From Dipteris shenzhenensis (lineage: Eukaryota), in NCBI GenBank assembly GCA_047967505.1, contig CM106538.1: a stretch of 64,000 bases of DNA; one strand, written 5' to 3'. Both the position numbers and the translations under genes were made by a program. The notes under the pieces were generated by a model. It was not told where the DNA came from. It saw nothing but the letters and a program-made list of their open reading frames with translations, and did no database searches. Below are positions 1 through 13,700 of this stretch, piece by piece (the first letter of the stretch is position 1; the number at the start of each line of letters is the position of its first letter).

Positions 1-3000
1 TTAAATCTATTTTATGATCTACTTCTCTCTCAGGAGATAAACCATCAGGTAAATTAGACGGAAAAACATCTTTAAATTTAAACATTAAATCTTTTAAAGA
101 AGATTTATATTTTTTAACATTACAAAAAACAACATTACTTCTTTCCGATGCAAAAGACATAAAATCACCAATAAAAGTAAGTTCACAAAGATATACCTCG
201 CATTCTTCTTGGTGTAGTAGTCGTTCCAATTCCATCCAACAAATAAGAGGAGAATTAGGCACATCATGTTCTCCTTGAATCTGAAAGACTCTACCCTCTT
301 TTTCAAACATAATGGAGTTATTAAGATAACTCCTCTATAACCTATGCCCAAGACTATATAGCCATTCTCGACCAAGCACTACATCTATTCGGTCGAGATG
401 CATGATTTGGAAATCCAACGCATCCTGATAGCCTTGAATATCCATCTCTACACCATATATCATGGTGTCCCAAACTTTTTTATCACTGCCCTTCGCCAAA
501 GAGACCACATATTTATGGGCATTGGGACTCTCAGGCAATTTTAATTTCTTAACTAGCGAGTAGTTTAAGAAATCATATGTTGCACTATCATCGACCATCA
601 CTCTTACTCTTTGCCCCTTAATTTTTCCATGCATCCTCATTAAATCATGAGGAACAAAGGTGGGCTGCCACATTGCCAATGATAGACAGCACAGGTGGGT
701 GCTATCCTCATGATAGACCTCTACCTCAGTGTACTTTTCAATACCATTAAGAGGTAACACTTGCACCGCATGCACTTGTTTTTGTGGAGGTCTATTTGGG
801 GCTTTAGCTCTTGCTAGTTTATTTTTAGGATAGTTCCAAGCAACATGGTCTTTGCCCAGACATTTGAAGCAAATATTTTCTTGCCTGGCGCTTTCATAAT
901 CCTCTTTCTTCAAGAGAGGATAATTTTGTGTTTGAGGTTTCTTAGGTGGTGCCTGAGGAACCTCCTTCTTAAAGTGCCCCTTCCTTTTCAAATTGGAAAA
1001 TTTATTGAACTTTGGAACAAAACATGTTTGCTCCGAAGTTCCAATTCTGAATTTCCCCGTCGTATCATCATATATTTGGGCATACTGAATGGCTTCCTCA
1101 AAGGTTTTTGGAGAATTTCTTTTCATCTCAACCTTGTAAGTGTCTTTGAGACCTCTCATGAAACCCCTTATCTTTTGGAATTCATCAATTCCCTTTAGCT
1201 TAAGGACTGCCTCCCTATAATTTGCTATGTACTGGACTAGAGTGTTTTTACCCATAGTGCAATTGTCCCAAGCCTCCCACGCTCTTTCTTATTCATTTTC
1301 TGATAAAAACTCTTTTAGGAAGGCTTGTTCAAACTCAGTCTAATACCTAGGAATTTTATCACTCTCCCTGAGGCTCATCCACCATTTATAGGATTTATTT
1401 CCAAGGGAAAGACTTGCTTCCACGACTTGATTTTCAGGAGGTGTATTCTTGAGTCGATGAAAGTCTTGCCATTTTTGAAAGAACGTATTAATCGCATCTT
1501 TATTACGCTCCTTTTCTTCCCCATTAAAAATTGGTGGTTTTAAGTCCTTAAGGATGTTCGAGGTTTCTCTAAGTCAAGAGGTAGACCTCTCAACTTGATT
1601 AGGAGGAATCGGTGATTTTTTAGTAATAGATACCGATTGAGAATCGGCTATCTTAGTTATAGCTTCAGCTAGAGTTTTTAATGTTTCACTGATAACCCCT
1701 AACTGTGTTTCTATATTTTGCGTTCGAGTTTCAAGTTTAGTGAATTCCGCATACGGAATTCCATAATCACCATAATCAATATCCACCATTTGTACATTAT
1801 CCTCTTGAGTTTCAGTTTGTACCTCCTCATGTATTTCCTCTCTAACTATTGCTTTTCCCTTTCTAGCCCTTTCCTCGGCCTCCCTATTCATACTATCCCT
1901 TTCTGGAGTTATCATTTTAAAAATGTATATTTTCCAGAAAATGTAAAGCAAAGTGCTTTATGTGAGAGAGAAAAATATTATGCCCACTTCCCTGGTATTT
2001 GTTCGATGGTCTTGAATTCATCTTCGCGCTTTCTTCGATCCACGATTCTTCAATCCCGCTTCTTCCGTTTCCCTCGATGCCTCGATGCAGAAATTCGAAA
2101 TCCTCGATACCTTCTTCTTCTTTCAATTTGGCGAGGCTAAGGAGTTTTGGAAGAAGAAGAAGAGGGTGAAAAGACTTTGAAAAGAGAGGAGGGCTTTAGA
2201 CTTTAGAGAGGGTATAAATTCTCTGATGAGATGGCTTTTTTTTTTGTAATTAAGGTACTTTTCAACCTTTGGATGATGTGTTTTGAGGATCCAAGAGCTG
2301 CGCAGGCACATTGATGAGGCAAGTGCTGGAGGAATTGACCGAGAATTCTTTCTCTACTTCTTTCAAAATCTGAGCCGCCCCTGGAGTCTAGACCTGTGAG
2401 ATCCGCAGCACTGATGCTCTGGTCTCACCTTCTTGATGTCTAAAGTCTGCGCCATCGCTCAGCCGCTCAGGCCTGCAGATTTGAGAGAAGAGCAAGCTAT
2501 GTGCCCTACGCAGCAATTGCGGCTTGTCTCCCGAAATGGCCGTGAGTATGAGTTTGTGTTACGAGATTGGGCTTGCAGACTCTGGGTGACTGAGTCGTGA
2601 GCGCTGCGCGGACGGATCAATTAATAGAACTTGCTGGCTCACGTATGTTGAAGCTCGCAACTCCTGAGTCCCAACTGTGGGCTTGAGCCTTGAAGAATAT
2701 TGCAAAAGCTATAATTATAGGGTGCCTTACCCGCCTCCTACGTACGGCACCCCTGTCGGGTATCCTTGCGAGGGATTGCCTTGAATGCCAAGAATGATTT
2801 TAGTCATATTTTGCACTAGTTCAGGGTCTTCACTGTAGCTCTCATAGCAACGCCCCCATCGTGGATCTCTAGAAACTGCTATGCAAAGAGCAAAGGCATA
2901 CGAGTCGGCATATAGAAAACTTCAAGTCTTCAACACCAAGTCTTCATCGTGGCTCTGATACCAATGAAACATCACCGTAAAGAGGGCCTAATTTAAGTTC

Positions 3001-4759
3001 TCCTTCCAACCATGGCTTTCCAGAGTGATCCCCTTATTCCACCCCGTGAACTCCCTTGTTTCTTTTCTTTTCTTTTTTTGGAGCCTCTCTCTGGAAGCCT
3101 CCCCTGAACCCAATGCATGCCATGTGGTCTTCCTATGATGCCAAGTGTCATTTCCAAGGTCCTCACCCTTTTAACCCCTCTTGGCATCCCTCTTAATGCT
3201 AGATCTATTTTGCCTAGGCATTAATTTGTGTGTCCACCGTTGCACTGTCAAGCCCTCTAGCTTCCCACCTTATACCATGGTCACACGGTATTATACTTGA
3301 CGTAACACCCTTTGATTGGAAGGAACATGCAATGTGTAGAAGATGGAGATTCTTGGTAATTTTGAGAAGGTTTGACTATGTAAATAGTCAGCTCTAGCTT
3401 GATAATTGTTTCTACCTGAGTTGTATTGATTTCTACCTCTAATGGAGTTTCCTCTTTATAAAATTTTACTTTAAGCATACAATTTCACCTAATGATTCTT
3501 TGAATTAATAGTGGAACTTCCCATCATCTACTCTTGTGTAAGAATGTTAGTGGAGCATCTTTGGTGACCATGGCTATCAGAAATTGGTCTTTTGCCTAGA
3601 TCGCTCAATGAAATTTGAACAAGTCTTTCATTCTTAGTTTCTTGTCTAGACAAGGTAGTGTGGACAAGGTAGTATTGATCTATCTTTGACTATGATTTCG
3701 TCGCATTGCTTAGTTAATTTTCAAGCATGTTAGTTGTAAACATGTTCTTGGCATTCTTCGATGCTTTCCATCCATTTAGAACTGATGTCTTTTGTCTAAT
3801 GATTGGAATCTTAGGGTTCTTGGTCTTAAAATTGATAAGGTTAACATCAAAATCGATAAGTTTGAGTGCTTATTGAGGTCTTTCATCGTAGTGCGCTTCT
3901 TGTTTTACTAAGCTCTTTAGTTGCATTAGATATCAAGGGCATCATTAAGGTTGTCGCATGAGGTTTTGATCTTTTCTCTTACTTTGTGATATTGCTCCAA
4001 AATTTCTTCACTTGGAAAATGTTCACAAGTTTGAAAGTCTAATTACCATATTTGCTATCATCCAAATATTATGTCATCATGTGATGTATCATGTTTAATT
4101 GCACTAAAATCAAATCGGTCATTGTAGGCATGTGAGTGTCAAATATTGATGATTTCACACAATAAAAGAGTCTAGAAAAGTTAGGTGAAAATTAATAAAA
4201 GTACACTAAGAGATAGCATACACTATTATAGGTATTACTAAAAATCATAACAAGTATTGTAAGTTTGGCAAATATGTAGACAATAGCAAAAATAGCTTTA
4301 GAAGTGTGGCATATGACATTTTTAAATTGTTAGTGAGGACTATAGTAAAACTTGACACAAATTGACCAAGATATGACCATCCTTGTAAAGAAAGAAGCAC
4401 CAACATATGCATTGAAAGTCGAGATTATGATGCATAAAACTGGTTGTAAAGGTGTCAAAATGAAATGAATAAGATGTCTTTTATATTTCAAACCACATGC
4501 AAAAAGAGTACAAAAAAAGGTGCAAACTGGGTTTAAATAGGATGCTAAACAATCAAGATATGGGCACTTATATTTGGGTGTATTTAGGCAAATTGATTAA
4601 GGCACCACTTTTCTCACTTTCACCAAAATGTTACCTTGACATAGCCTTCCTCTTCAATTAGTGCAATTGTCTTGTGGGGTTAAAGCATCATCAAGTGTAG
4701 CCAATTAAACTATTTTTAGGGGTGCAATACAATAGGCATTAGTGGGTGGGATTACAACA
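1..4759 (-). mobile_element. Gypsy LTR retrotransposon, 5' part (LTR ~2965-4759, PBS 2952-2963, degenerate gag-protease), runs off the window
   Basis: tggtatcagagc tRNA-iMet PBS on minus; gag and protease ORFs at 1574-1951 and 335-1255; outer LTR end approximate. Confidence 0.75.
335..1255 (-). pseudogene. Gypsy gag (zinc knuckle) and aspartic protease remnant
   Basis: PKTFEEAIQYA, CFKCLGKDH knuckle, VMVDDSATYDFL degenerate DSGA motif, DVVLGREWL. Confidence 0.85.
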
Positions 4760-5359
4760 TCAGAGTACGCTCACGATGACATGCAACAGCCCACATAATT
4801 GTAAAATTATTTTTTGCAACGTGATGATTACCACATGAGAGGGTAATCATGGGTGATAATACCCCACAAAAGATAGTAGGAATGGCAACATTCCTCTACA
4901 TAGTGATGGAGGCAATGCATAAAGCATAGGAGATGCTTATTTTGTACCCGCTATGGCGTAAAATCTCTTCTTAGTTATCCAGATGATTGAAAGAGACATG
5001 GAGTTAGTCTTCAACAAGTTCAGGTGCATGAAATACATTCTATCTCATGTATTAAGTCCAACATAAGTTCATCACTTAAACAAAGTCATATTTTGATCAA
5101 CCTATAATAGCTTTGGTAGCACCATGTATAACTCCAACTATTCAGACAATTACCTTTTGCAATTTGCTAGCTCACTTGGAAGGTGTTTAATCCACCATGA
5201 GAAGACACATAGCAAAGGCAAAGAAAAGGTCCTTGATCGATACAATACAACAGCCACAATGGTCATCATCATTGATACACTAAAGAGTCCCACGACCAAT
5301 GTGAGAATATCTTTTTGTGATCTAAAGGAACCTATAAAAAATAATTTGCATTCATGGCC

Positions 5360-5640
5360 AAAGTAACGAAATTGAAAGAACTAACTTCATTCGAAGAAGT
5401 GTGAGTGTCTCATGAATGCCAACAAGCAATGGATGAAGAGTACAATTGTCATATCAAGAATCAAACATGGACTTTGATAGATCTCCCTAAAGAGAAAAGC
5501 CCACCAGTTGCACATGGGTTACAAAGTCAAGATCAACTCAAATTGAGCAATTGAAAGTACAAAGCTAATTAGTTGCTAAGGGATATGCCTAAGGTTGCAA
5601 ACTTGAAAACAATAAGAATAGTCATTGCTTTTGCTTTACA
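5360..5640 (+). mobile_element. Copia reverse transcriptase N-terminal fragment, degenerate
   Basis: QAMDEEYNCHIKNQTWTLIDLP, YKA-LVAKGYA with frameshifts. Confidence 0.7.
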
Positions 5641-6149
5641 CTTTGAATACATCTATCCTCTAGTACCATGCTCTTAAGGCAGATTTCAGCCCATAAATTG
5701 CCATGTGAAGCTTTGCATTCCTTCTTTCCTTCATCTGGTTGTCAGAAGCCTTCTGACTGTTCACCCTGAAGCTCACCATTTGAAAGGTAGACTTCATGTG
5801 AAAAATTTGAGGCAACCAAAGCTATGACCGTGTATGGTAGTCATCCTAGTTGTAGGAGCAATTGTCTCTTCATAGTCAACTCCTCTAGCTATGCATAGCC
5901 TTTGACAAGTCTCACCATATACTTATCCAAAATACTATCCAATCTGTGTGTAGTAAACCCATGTGGTTCTCATGATCTTCTTTCAAATCTATCAACCAAG
6001 TCCCAAGTGTGGTTCTTCAGAATGGCCTCCATTTAAGCTTCCATGGCAGCCACCATTGTGGAATTTCCTTTACTCTAATGGTTTAGATCTTATGGATCTA
6101 AACCATCATAGCATAGGTCACAGTAGGTGCTTTCCTCTGAGGCCTCACC

Positions 6150-7520
6150 TCTAAACTTGTCTTCGGAATGTCTAAGACTCTTGAATCCTCCAAGGTCTTT
6201 AGCTACCATCTTGGTAGTTTTCTTTACTTCCCTAGGGTCCGTATAGTTGACTTGGATATGACTCTAAACCTTCAATCTCTGGATTCTTTACTGCTGGTGC
6301 CGCTGCTTGTGGCTTGGACTATCTCCTAGAAAACAACCACCTCTAGCTTCTTTGTCTCGAGGTCATATAGTCGATAGGCCTTTGATTCCTCACTATACTG
6401 ACAAAGATATACTTCTTGATCCTAGGATCCAAACTTAGTTCTATGTGCTCTTGGCCTTCCACCTCTTTGAAATGCAAGAAATCCATATAATCCTACCAAA
6501 ATCATCAATGAAGGTGACGTAATACACAAGCTTAGAGAATGATGTCATGGAAATCTTTCCGCATTTGTCGGAATGGACCAACTCGAATGGAACCTTGGCC
6601 CTTCATGTAGCCTCCTTCGAGAATGCCTCTCAAGGCTGGTTGCCCTATATGCAAGCCTAGCAGACCTTTGCACTGTCGCAAGTGTGGAAGTCCATCGACT
6701 ATGCCAGCTTTTTGCATCTCCAAGAAAGTCCCATTGCTGACATTTCCAAGCCTTTTATGAACTTGAACTACCTATATCCACTTGGGCCATTGAAGCCCTG
6801 ATTTTGTACAGCCCATGATCCTTTATTCCTCTGGCCACAACTTTTCTTGGATCACGACACTTCCATCATCAAACTTAACCGTCATCCTATTCTTTGTGAT
6901 GTGGTTGACAAAAGAAGATTATTGCAAAGATTAAGAACATAAAGAACATTTTTCATTACCTTTTCTTCATGGGAGATGCTAAGCTTAGAGGAAGCATTCG
7001 AATGCTCCCGTTCCCTTCTATTAAGCACTATTTTATCTCCAGCAATTATAGATTAATCCGAATACGACAAGTTGAAGTATCTTAAGCCGATTCCTTTTGT
7101 TGGGCATTTGTATGGAAGCACCATATCAACATACCAACCATCACTATGCTCACTCACTGCCCCATTCCCTTCTATTGAGCACTTTCTTAACTCTAGCAGC
7201 TATAGATGAATCCAGATACGGCATGTTGAAGTATCTTAAACCAATTCCTTTTGTTGGGCATTTGTCTAAAAGCACCATATGAACATACCAACAATCACTA
7301 TCCTCACTCACTACATGAGCTAAGTAGTGCTCTATAACTAGAAAGAGCTCCTCTTTTGTAACATTTGTTGAATCTAGCTTGGACTCTTCTTTGGATTGGT
7401 TGCCTTTCTTCCACTTTAGGCCCATCTTTTTCTTTCTACAATCTTTAGCTATGTGACCTAGCTTGTCGCAATAGAAACACTTTCAATCCCCATTTCTCAT
7501 TTTCTTATCTCAACTCTCTT
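6150..7520 (-). mobile_element. Copia gag-knuckle/protease/integrase remnant with a ~154-bp internal tandem duplication (~7065-7320)
   Basis: CFYCDKLGHIAKDCRK, HKRLGNVS, LVHSD, YVTFIDDF motifs; gttgaagtatcttaa...ctcactcact occurs twice. Confidence 0.75.
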
Positions 7521-7609
7521 GTCTTCCCTGGCTTGTCACACTCAAAAATATTTCGGTCCCAAAACAGTTATGATTTCAGGTTTAACCTTTATGCTTTTTG
7601 TCTTCTTTG

Positions 7610-7968
7610 ACCCCCTGCGCTTCCCCTCCGTACCACCTCGCTACCCCCTCCGCTACCCCTCGCTACCCCCTGCACTCCCCCTGCGCTAGCCCCTCTGCTC
7701 CCCCTACGCTACCCCCTGCTCTCTCCCTGCGCTAACCCCTGCTCTCTCTCCCGCGACCCCCTGCTCTCTCTGCTACCCCCTCCGCTACCCCTTCGTACCC
7801 CCTCCGTACCCCCTCGCTAACCCCTCCGCTACCCCTGCACTACCCCCTACTCTCTCTCTCTCCCGCTACCCCCTCTGCTACCCCTCCGTACCCCCTCCGC
7901 TACCCCTCCGTACCGCCTCGCTACCCCTCTCTCTCCCCCCCCCCCTCCGCTACCCTCACTACCCCTTT
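7610..7968. repeat. C-rich degenerate minisatellite (ccccctccgcta-like units)
   Basis: Many imperfect copies visible; G-run rich on the minus strand. Confidence 0.85.
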
Positions 7969-7984
7969 CAACGACACCAGTGCT

Positions 7985-9100
7985 ACCAAGGTCATGATCT
8001 TTAACACCTCTCGAGCAAACATGCAACGGAAGCAGTTTACTTTTACTTTCGATGGGTCACCAGTCGAGATCATATCCTCATACACTTACTTGGGGGTCAA
8101 TGCTTCCACTCCCACTTCTAAGACCCTCGAACCAAGGTTCTGCTCTCCGACTCCTGGGTCCGACCAGCCGGTATGTATGGCAACCCTTGTTGGGGGCCTG
8201 ACATGTCAGAGATAGAGTGAACACGGGTGGAGCGCCTGCAGATCCTCATGCTCTCACGGATGATCCGGGGGAAACCGTCTGTAAATCACATCATTCAGGC
8301 CGAGTTTGGTGCTTCTCCACTCTAGCTACATGCAGCCTTTCAGACCATTATATATCTACATCGGGTTAGATCATATGGTGCACATCAGGGAGACAGAGGT
8401 TGCCATGGTTGGCTCTCGATTCCTCCATGAGGTTGGCAACAGAGGGAGACGAGCGATGGTATGCATGGACTCACAAATGGTTTGGGAGACTAGGGTTCCA
8501 CATCGATAGGAAACCTCCTTTTCAGTATAATTTAGATGCCCCTTCGGTACTCCCACCCACCATCCTGATCAAGCCACACCAACCAGGTCAGTCATGAGGA
8601 TCTCCTGCAGCTACGCACCTTTGGGACCTGGTTGGAGCCCAGGGAGCTTCCAGTGAAGCTGACTTTCTACAGAGACTACTATCTTCGTATTTCGGAGGGA
8701 TTTCATCACACCACCGGGGTACACACCTTCATATGCCTCACTCACTACGGATCTCCATCAGACAGTTTCGAGTATCATTACACCGCCTCCGCGTAGAGAG
8801 CGGCAGAACAGAGGGGATGCCCAAGGAGCATTGCTTATGCATATTGTGCGACTATTAGGAGGTCAAGTCGGAGGAGCATTTTATTTTCAGGTGCCCAGTG
8901 TACTACGAGATCCGAGGTCGCTATCACTGCCTCTTCAGAGACAACTCTGAGCTCCTTTCCAGATTCCTCGCCTACCCAGATCAAAGATGCCTCGCGGCCT
9001 TCATTCACGAGGGGGTCCAACAGAGAGTACTTACTAAAGCGACGAGGCTTGGCCACATCATCAGACACCTCTCAGAGCAAGATCACAGAGTTCTTCTCAA
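7985..9100 (+). mobile_element. 5'-truncated LINE (post-RT end), same family as 24825-33806
   Basis: accaaggtcatgatctttaacacctctcgagcaaac... shared with 33432 onward; YTYLG and C-terminal C-x-C...EEHFIFRCPVY motifs. Confidence 0.8.
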
Positions 9101-9121
9101 CGAGTGACATTAATCGTCCAG

Positions 9122-9925
9122 TCTCTAGCCGCAATCTCTAGCCGCAAACGTGAGACAGACGACCGCAACACAACACACGAGACATCGAGGGGACACATCA
9201 CTCTGGGAGGCCTCCCGTCATTCGGATACGTCCCACCGGAGTCAAAAGGCTCTGGTCTTGGGTCGAGCCTCGTCCAAGAGACCGATACGTGCAACACCCC
9301 TTGACGAGCACCAACATTCCATCACCGGCTATGCACCAACTAGGGCGACATGACATATGGAGGATTTCGCTCCGCTCCAGTCCTTTTCTTTTCATTGTTA
9401 CATCCAGATGTATTTGATTTAATTATGTATGATCAGACTTAGGATTCAACATGGGTGATATGCTCGTTTCAGTAGCTCCATCCTTACTATGATTTGAATC
9501 ATTTTTTTTTCATTCTCTAGCTGCAGACGTGAGAGACCCCGACCCGACGACCGCAACACAACACACAAGACATCGAGGAGATACACAGATCACTCTGGGG
9601 GACCTCCCGTCATTGTTTAGACTCGGGATATGTCCCACAAGAGTCACGGTGGCTCTGGTCTTGCGTCGAGCCTCGTTCAGGAGACCAAGATGTACAGCAC
9701 CCCTTGACGGGCACCAGCGTCCCATCACCGGCTATGCACCAACTAGGGAGACATGAAATACGGAGAATTCCGCTCCACCACTCCAGTCCTTTTCTTTTCA
9801 TTGTTACATCCAGATGTATTTGATTTGATTATGTAAGATCAGACTTAGGATTCAGCATGGGTGATATGCTCGTTTCAGTAGCTCCACTCTTACTGTGATT
9901 TGTATCAGGTTTTCTTTCAATCTCA
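9122..9925 (+). repeat. Two tandem ~390-bp copies of the putative LINE 3' UTR
   Basis: Units start tctctagc(c/t)gca...cgtgag at ~9135 and 9514 and share long near-identical blocks; each ends in a T-rich tract. Confidence 0.85.
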
Positions 9926-10679
9926 TAGACCCATCGGTCTTCCGAAGACTCTAATAAAATTTCTTTCTTTCTTTCTCCCTCCTTTTCTTGTTCCCACCTT
10001 CTAACTTGCTCTCTCTAGAGTCGTGGTCATCCTTGGGCTTGCCCTTTTCAAACCTACGTTTCCGCCTTTATTTTTTGCAAGGTCTCGCATCTTTGTCCAA
10101 TTGCTTCTCTTGGGCAGCTTCTTTTAGTACTAGAGAACCAAGCTCATCAAACACTGGAGAGTCCATTGACCTACTATCACTACCGAATCCTTTGAAGATT
10201 TCTGGAAAGTGAGACAAGTACAAGCATGGCCAATTGACTAATGTCCACCTTGCCAATCGGTCTCTCACAACTTTCCCCTTAGTGAGATGGTCATCTAGTC
10301 CCCTTCCATCATCCCCATGATGAATGGGGAGGGAAAGGATGTGTAATGTGTTGTTGATCTCATATACATGGTTTAGGATCTTCAAGCCCTCTACTACTGA
10401 TCCGCAAGCTAGATGTGGGCTATGAGAAACTGAGGTGTTGTTGCCTGCCGCTGAGAGTGCCTCCGCATCAATCCCCCATAGCCATTGGATGTACTCGTGT
10501 CTCAACACCTACTTAATGCGCCGAGTCCTTAGGTTTGACCTCCAATACAAGCATGGCCTACTTGTTGGAATGGTCACCTCCCCATCTGTAAGCCCCCATA
10601 TGAGGAGAGCATCAGGGAGGTAGACCTGCAGATATTGGGGCTACCACATGGGCAGCACATGAGCTGCCATGTGGGCAGC

Positions 10680-12632
10680 TGTTAAGGCAAAGGGCAGGCC
10701 ATGGAGCTGCAAAAGAGGCAGCAGATGAGCAGGCTGGAGGCAGCTACGTGGCGAACTGTCTGCCACAAGATATGGGCAGACTCAGGGCCTGCATCAGACC
10801 TGACAGAAGGACAAAACAGTCTCTGGCTATGGCTGGCTATGGCGACCTGCTTGGTGCAATAAATGGACAGGCATAAGGCCTGCAAATAGGCCTGCAATAG
10901 GCGCAGGAAGGGGCAAAGGCAGCAGCCCAAAAGGGTCTGCCAAAGGCCCTTTTATAGAGCTGGTTGGACCAGCCAACCAAGTCTTTTTTTTTGACAGACC
11001 AAGTCGGCCAGTCTGGTCGGCCAGATTGAGCCAGGCTGGTCAGTTTTTGTCACCAGCCCTTGGGGGCTATAAAAGGAGAGCTTCAATGCCCTCATTCCAG
11101 ATCATCTGGAGCAGCCAATCCACTAACAGAAGGAGCAACAGCAGGGCTACCTTTGGGCCTACATTCAGGAGGAAGAAAGAAGTACCTTGTGCTGCAGACC
11201 TAGGTCAAAGTAGGCCTTGAATGCTGCAAAATTATCCGACTGGGACTACAGAAAGGCCAGCCCTGTCTGCAGTCTGCCAGACTTGATTCTGCCAACCTGC
11301 TGGGCCATTTCAATGCCCCCAGTCTGTGAGCAATGTTGCTCCATTACCAGGCCTATTTATAGGCCTTGGAAATCCTCTCTGTAGATGCTGCCACGCACTC
11401 ATCTGCTGCAGTCAGCTTTGATGTAGAAGCCTTGGCATACTTCTCCAGACAAGGCGAGATCAGTTTCCTTGTTATACGATGGTTCACAGCAGATCAATGA
11501 CCTTTCTACCAAAGAGGAAGTTTTCTTGGTGACGACTCCATGTCCCTTTGAGAGAGTTTGCACACCCAGGTGTGACTATTTATGAGAACCATCAAAGAGC
11601 GAAGCATAGAGTTAAGACTTTGTGGTGGAGGTTGCTAGACCTTGGGATTTGAGGATCGCTCCAGTACCACCTACAGAGATGGGAGAGCTCACTCAGAAAT
11701 GGAGCTTGATCTGGAGATTAAGATCTGGTTGAAACAGACCCAAGATCCGTGGTACTTTGCAGGGTTTGGTCTGTTGTTATCTTTTTGAGGGGGACGACTG
11801 AATAATCTATTGTTCCGTGGCATTCTGAAGACTACAGAGTGTTCATGACTTAGGCAGGCACCAGCACAATGCAGCAAAGAGGCCAGATGAACCATGTAGA
11901 CAGACTTCCAGGTCAGCAGATCTGCACACCTGGTTGGGCAGTCTGCTGCGTAGGTCAACCATAAAAGGGCTCAAATGCGGAGCCATTTTACAAAGTCTTT
12001 GGGCAATCTAGCCTCTTCCTCGGTACAGACCAGCAGCCTGTTGGAGAGCACGTGTGGTGTGAAGTAGGACAGGTTCTCTCCGTTGAGCGGTTGCACCGGT
12101 GATTCAATTGCACACAGAGGCAGATCAACATCCTGCAGGAGAGGCAGAATGTGGTGCACAGCAGGTTCCATAGAAAGATTAGCAGCAAATTCACCTAAAC
12201 AGCGACTGAAGTCAACAGAGACGGGCAGTGATCGTGGAGAGTTCAACCACAGTAGGAACAGCAAACAGAGTCTCAGTCTGGTGCCCCAGATCAGTAATTG
12301 TCTGCTGTAGGTGATGGTAGAGATTTGACAAGGTTTTCTACTTGGGTCTGTTACCTGTATATGAAACTGCTTGGCTGTGCATCTGTGTGTTCTCTCTCTG
12401 TATTGGAAGTGTTATTTCCATATAAACAAGCACAAGCAGTTGTATGAGGTGGACCAAAGATGTCTGATACTAATTATCTTGAAGATTAACCCAAACAATT
12501 GATTTAGGGTGAGGGTGGTAATACTACAGCTCCCTCTGGCTACTTACTTCACACTCTAGGACTCATCTTTGTGCAGAAGATACGTCAACGGTAGTTGCAC
12601 ATGTTCAGTGCACCTCAGGAAGAAAGCACACA
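10680..12632. mobile_element. Putative solo LTR
   Basis: TG...CA ends with gcagc on both sides; internal ctggtcggccag motifs resemble the LTR at 29472; no coding. The TSD is weak because cag repeats are common here. Confidence 0.35.
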
Positions 12633-13535
12633 GCAGCAGCAAGGAGGCACTTTAACTAAGGGAAAGCCCAATGAGCCTATAGGAACTATCTGCTCACTAG
12701 CCTGCACATAATCCAAGACAACAGGCAGGAATCTGTTCCAATTGTGGTTGTCTGTTCAGTCTTCAAACCACTTATATGCCCAAGCTCTGTATAGCATTGT
12801 TGCCTACCATTCGAACTCACGGCTAAAAGCAGTATTTGAAGAATTAGAGTTCACCTGGTCTGTTGATTTGCAAGAGAAGAGTAAAGAAGAGTGAATCTCA
12901 AACGGATAATGATGGCGACATCAACAAACATAATCAAGACAATGAAACTACTCTTCAATGAAGAGTATAAAGTTATCCCAAGAAGCATACAAGAAGAGCA
13001 ACTAAACTGACAGACCGGGGCTTAGGAAAAGGAGGATAATCACTTCAAACCCAGATAATTCCAAGACTAAAACCTTTTTGAAGAGCACTTCAGACCAACA
13101 GTAGCAAAATGGGCTGAAAAAGAATAACAGACTTTAATGCACAGACACGTAAGGCAAAGGAAATTTCTGCTATAACCAACCTCTCTAGCTGGGTCTCATT
13201 CGTGTATTTCGTGATTTTCACTGATTTTGGGATATAATCAATACACATACACCCCCCCCCCTCTCTCTCTCTCTCTCTCTGTGTCTGTCTGTCCATGTGT
13301 GATGTAATATCCTCCTGAATCAATCTGAAATACTACAGCTGATTGATTTTTAGAACATACACCTCTACAAAACCTTAACCACAGTTGCATTTGAATAGAA
13401 TGACGTTGAAAAATCATGATTTATGGTTTTCAAGAATAATGCTTTGCTCTATTACATTTTGACCTTAGCAGGCAGTATACATGAGAGAAAGGAGATGAAA
13501 AATCTTCTTCACTGTTCATGCTTCATTGTCCAATT

Positions 13536-13700
13536 TCATCCTGAAATCTCACCATCCAAATGAAGCCAATCCATGTTTGCAATGACTGGACTCTCAAGTT
13601 CAAGATTGATAGCTGGTCCTGCTAGGCCAAAGAGTTGTTCTTCTTCTGATAAATTTGCCCTGAAGTTCCTTGCCATTTCTTCGGCTTCACGAAACACTCG
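13536..13700 (-). CDS. PDE338: PDE338/RLSB-like exon 8, terminal (RVFREAEEMARNFRANL...VIANMDWLHLDGEISG*)
   Basis: 165 nt after a polypyrimidine tract and tAG, phase 0, TGA stop. VFxEAEEMA and ANxxW match the family C-terminus and continue exon 7 in frame. Total CDS 3171 nt. Confidence 0.87.
   Translation of the reverse strand, partial: RVFREAEEMARNFRANLSEEEQLFGLAGPAINLELESPVIANMDWLHLDGEISG

Noticed and set aside
12340-13400. Possible spliced 3' UTR exons
   Set aside because: Only isolated donor-like sites; cannot be supported without transcripts.
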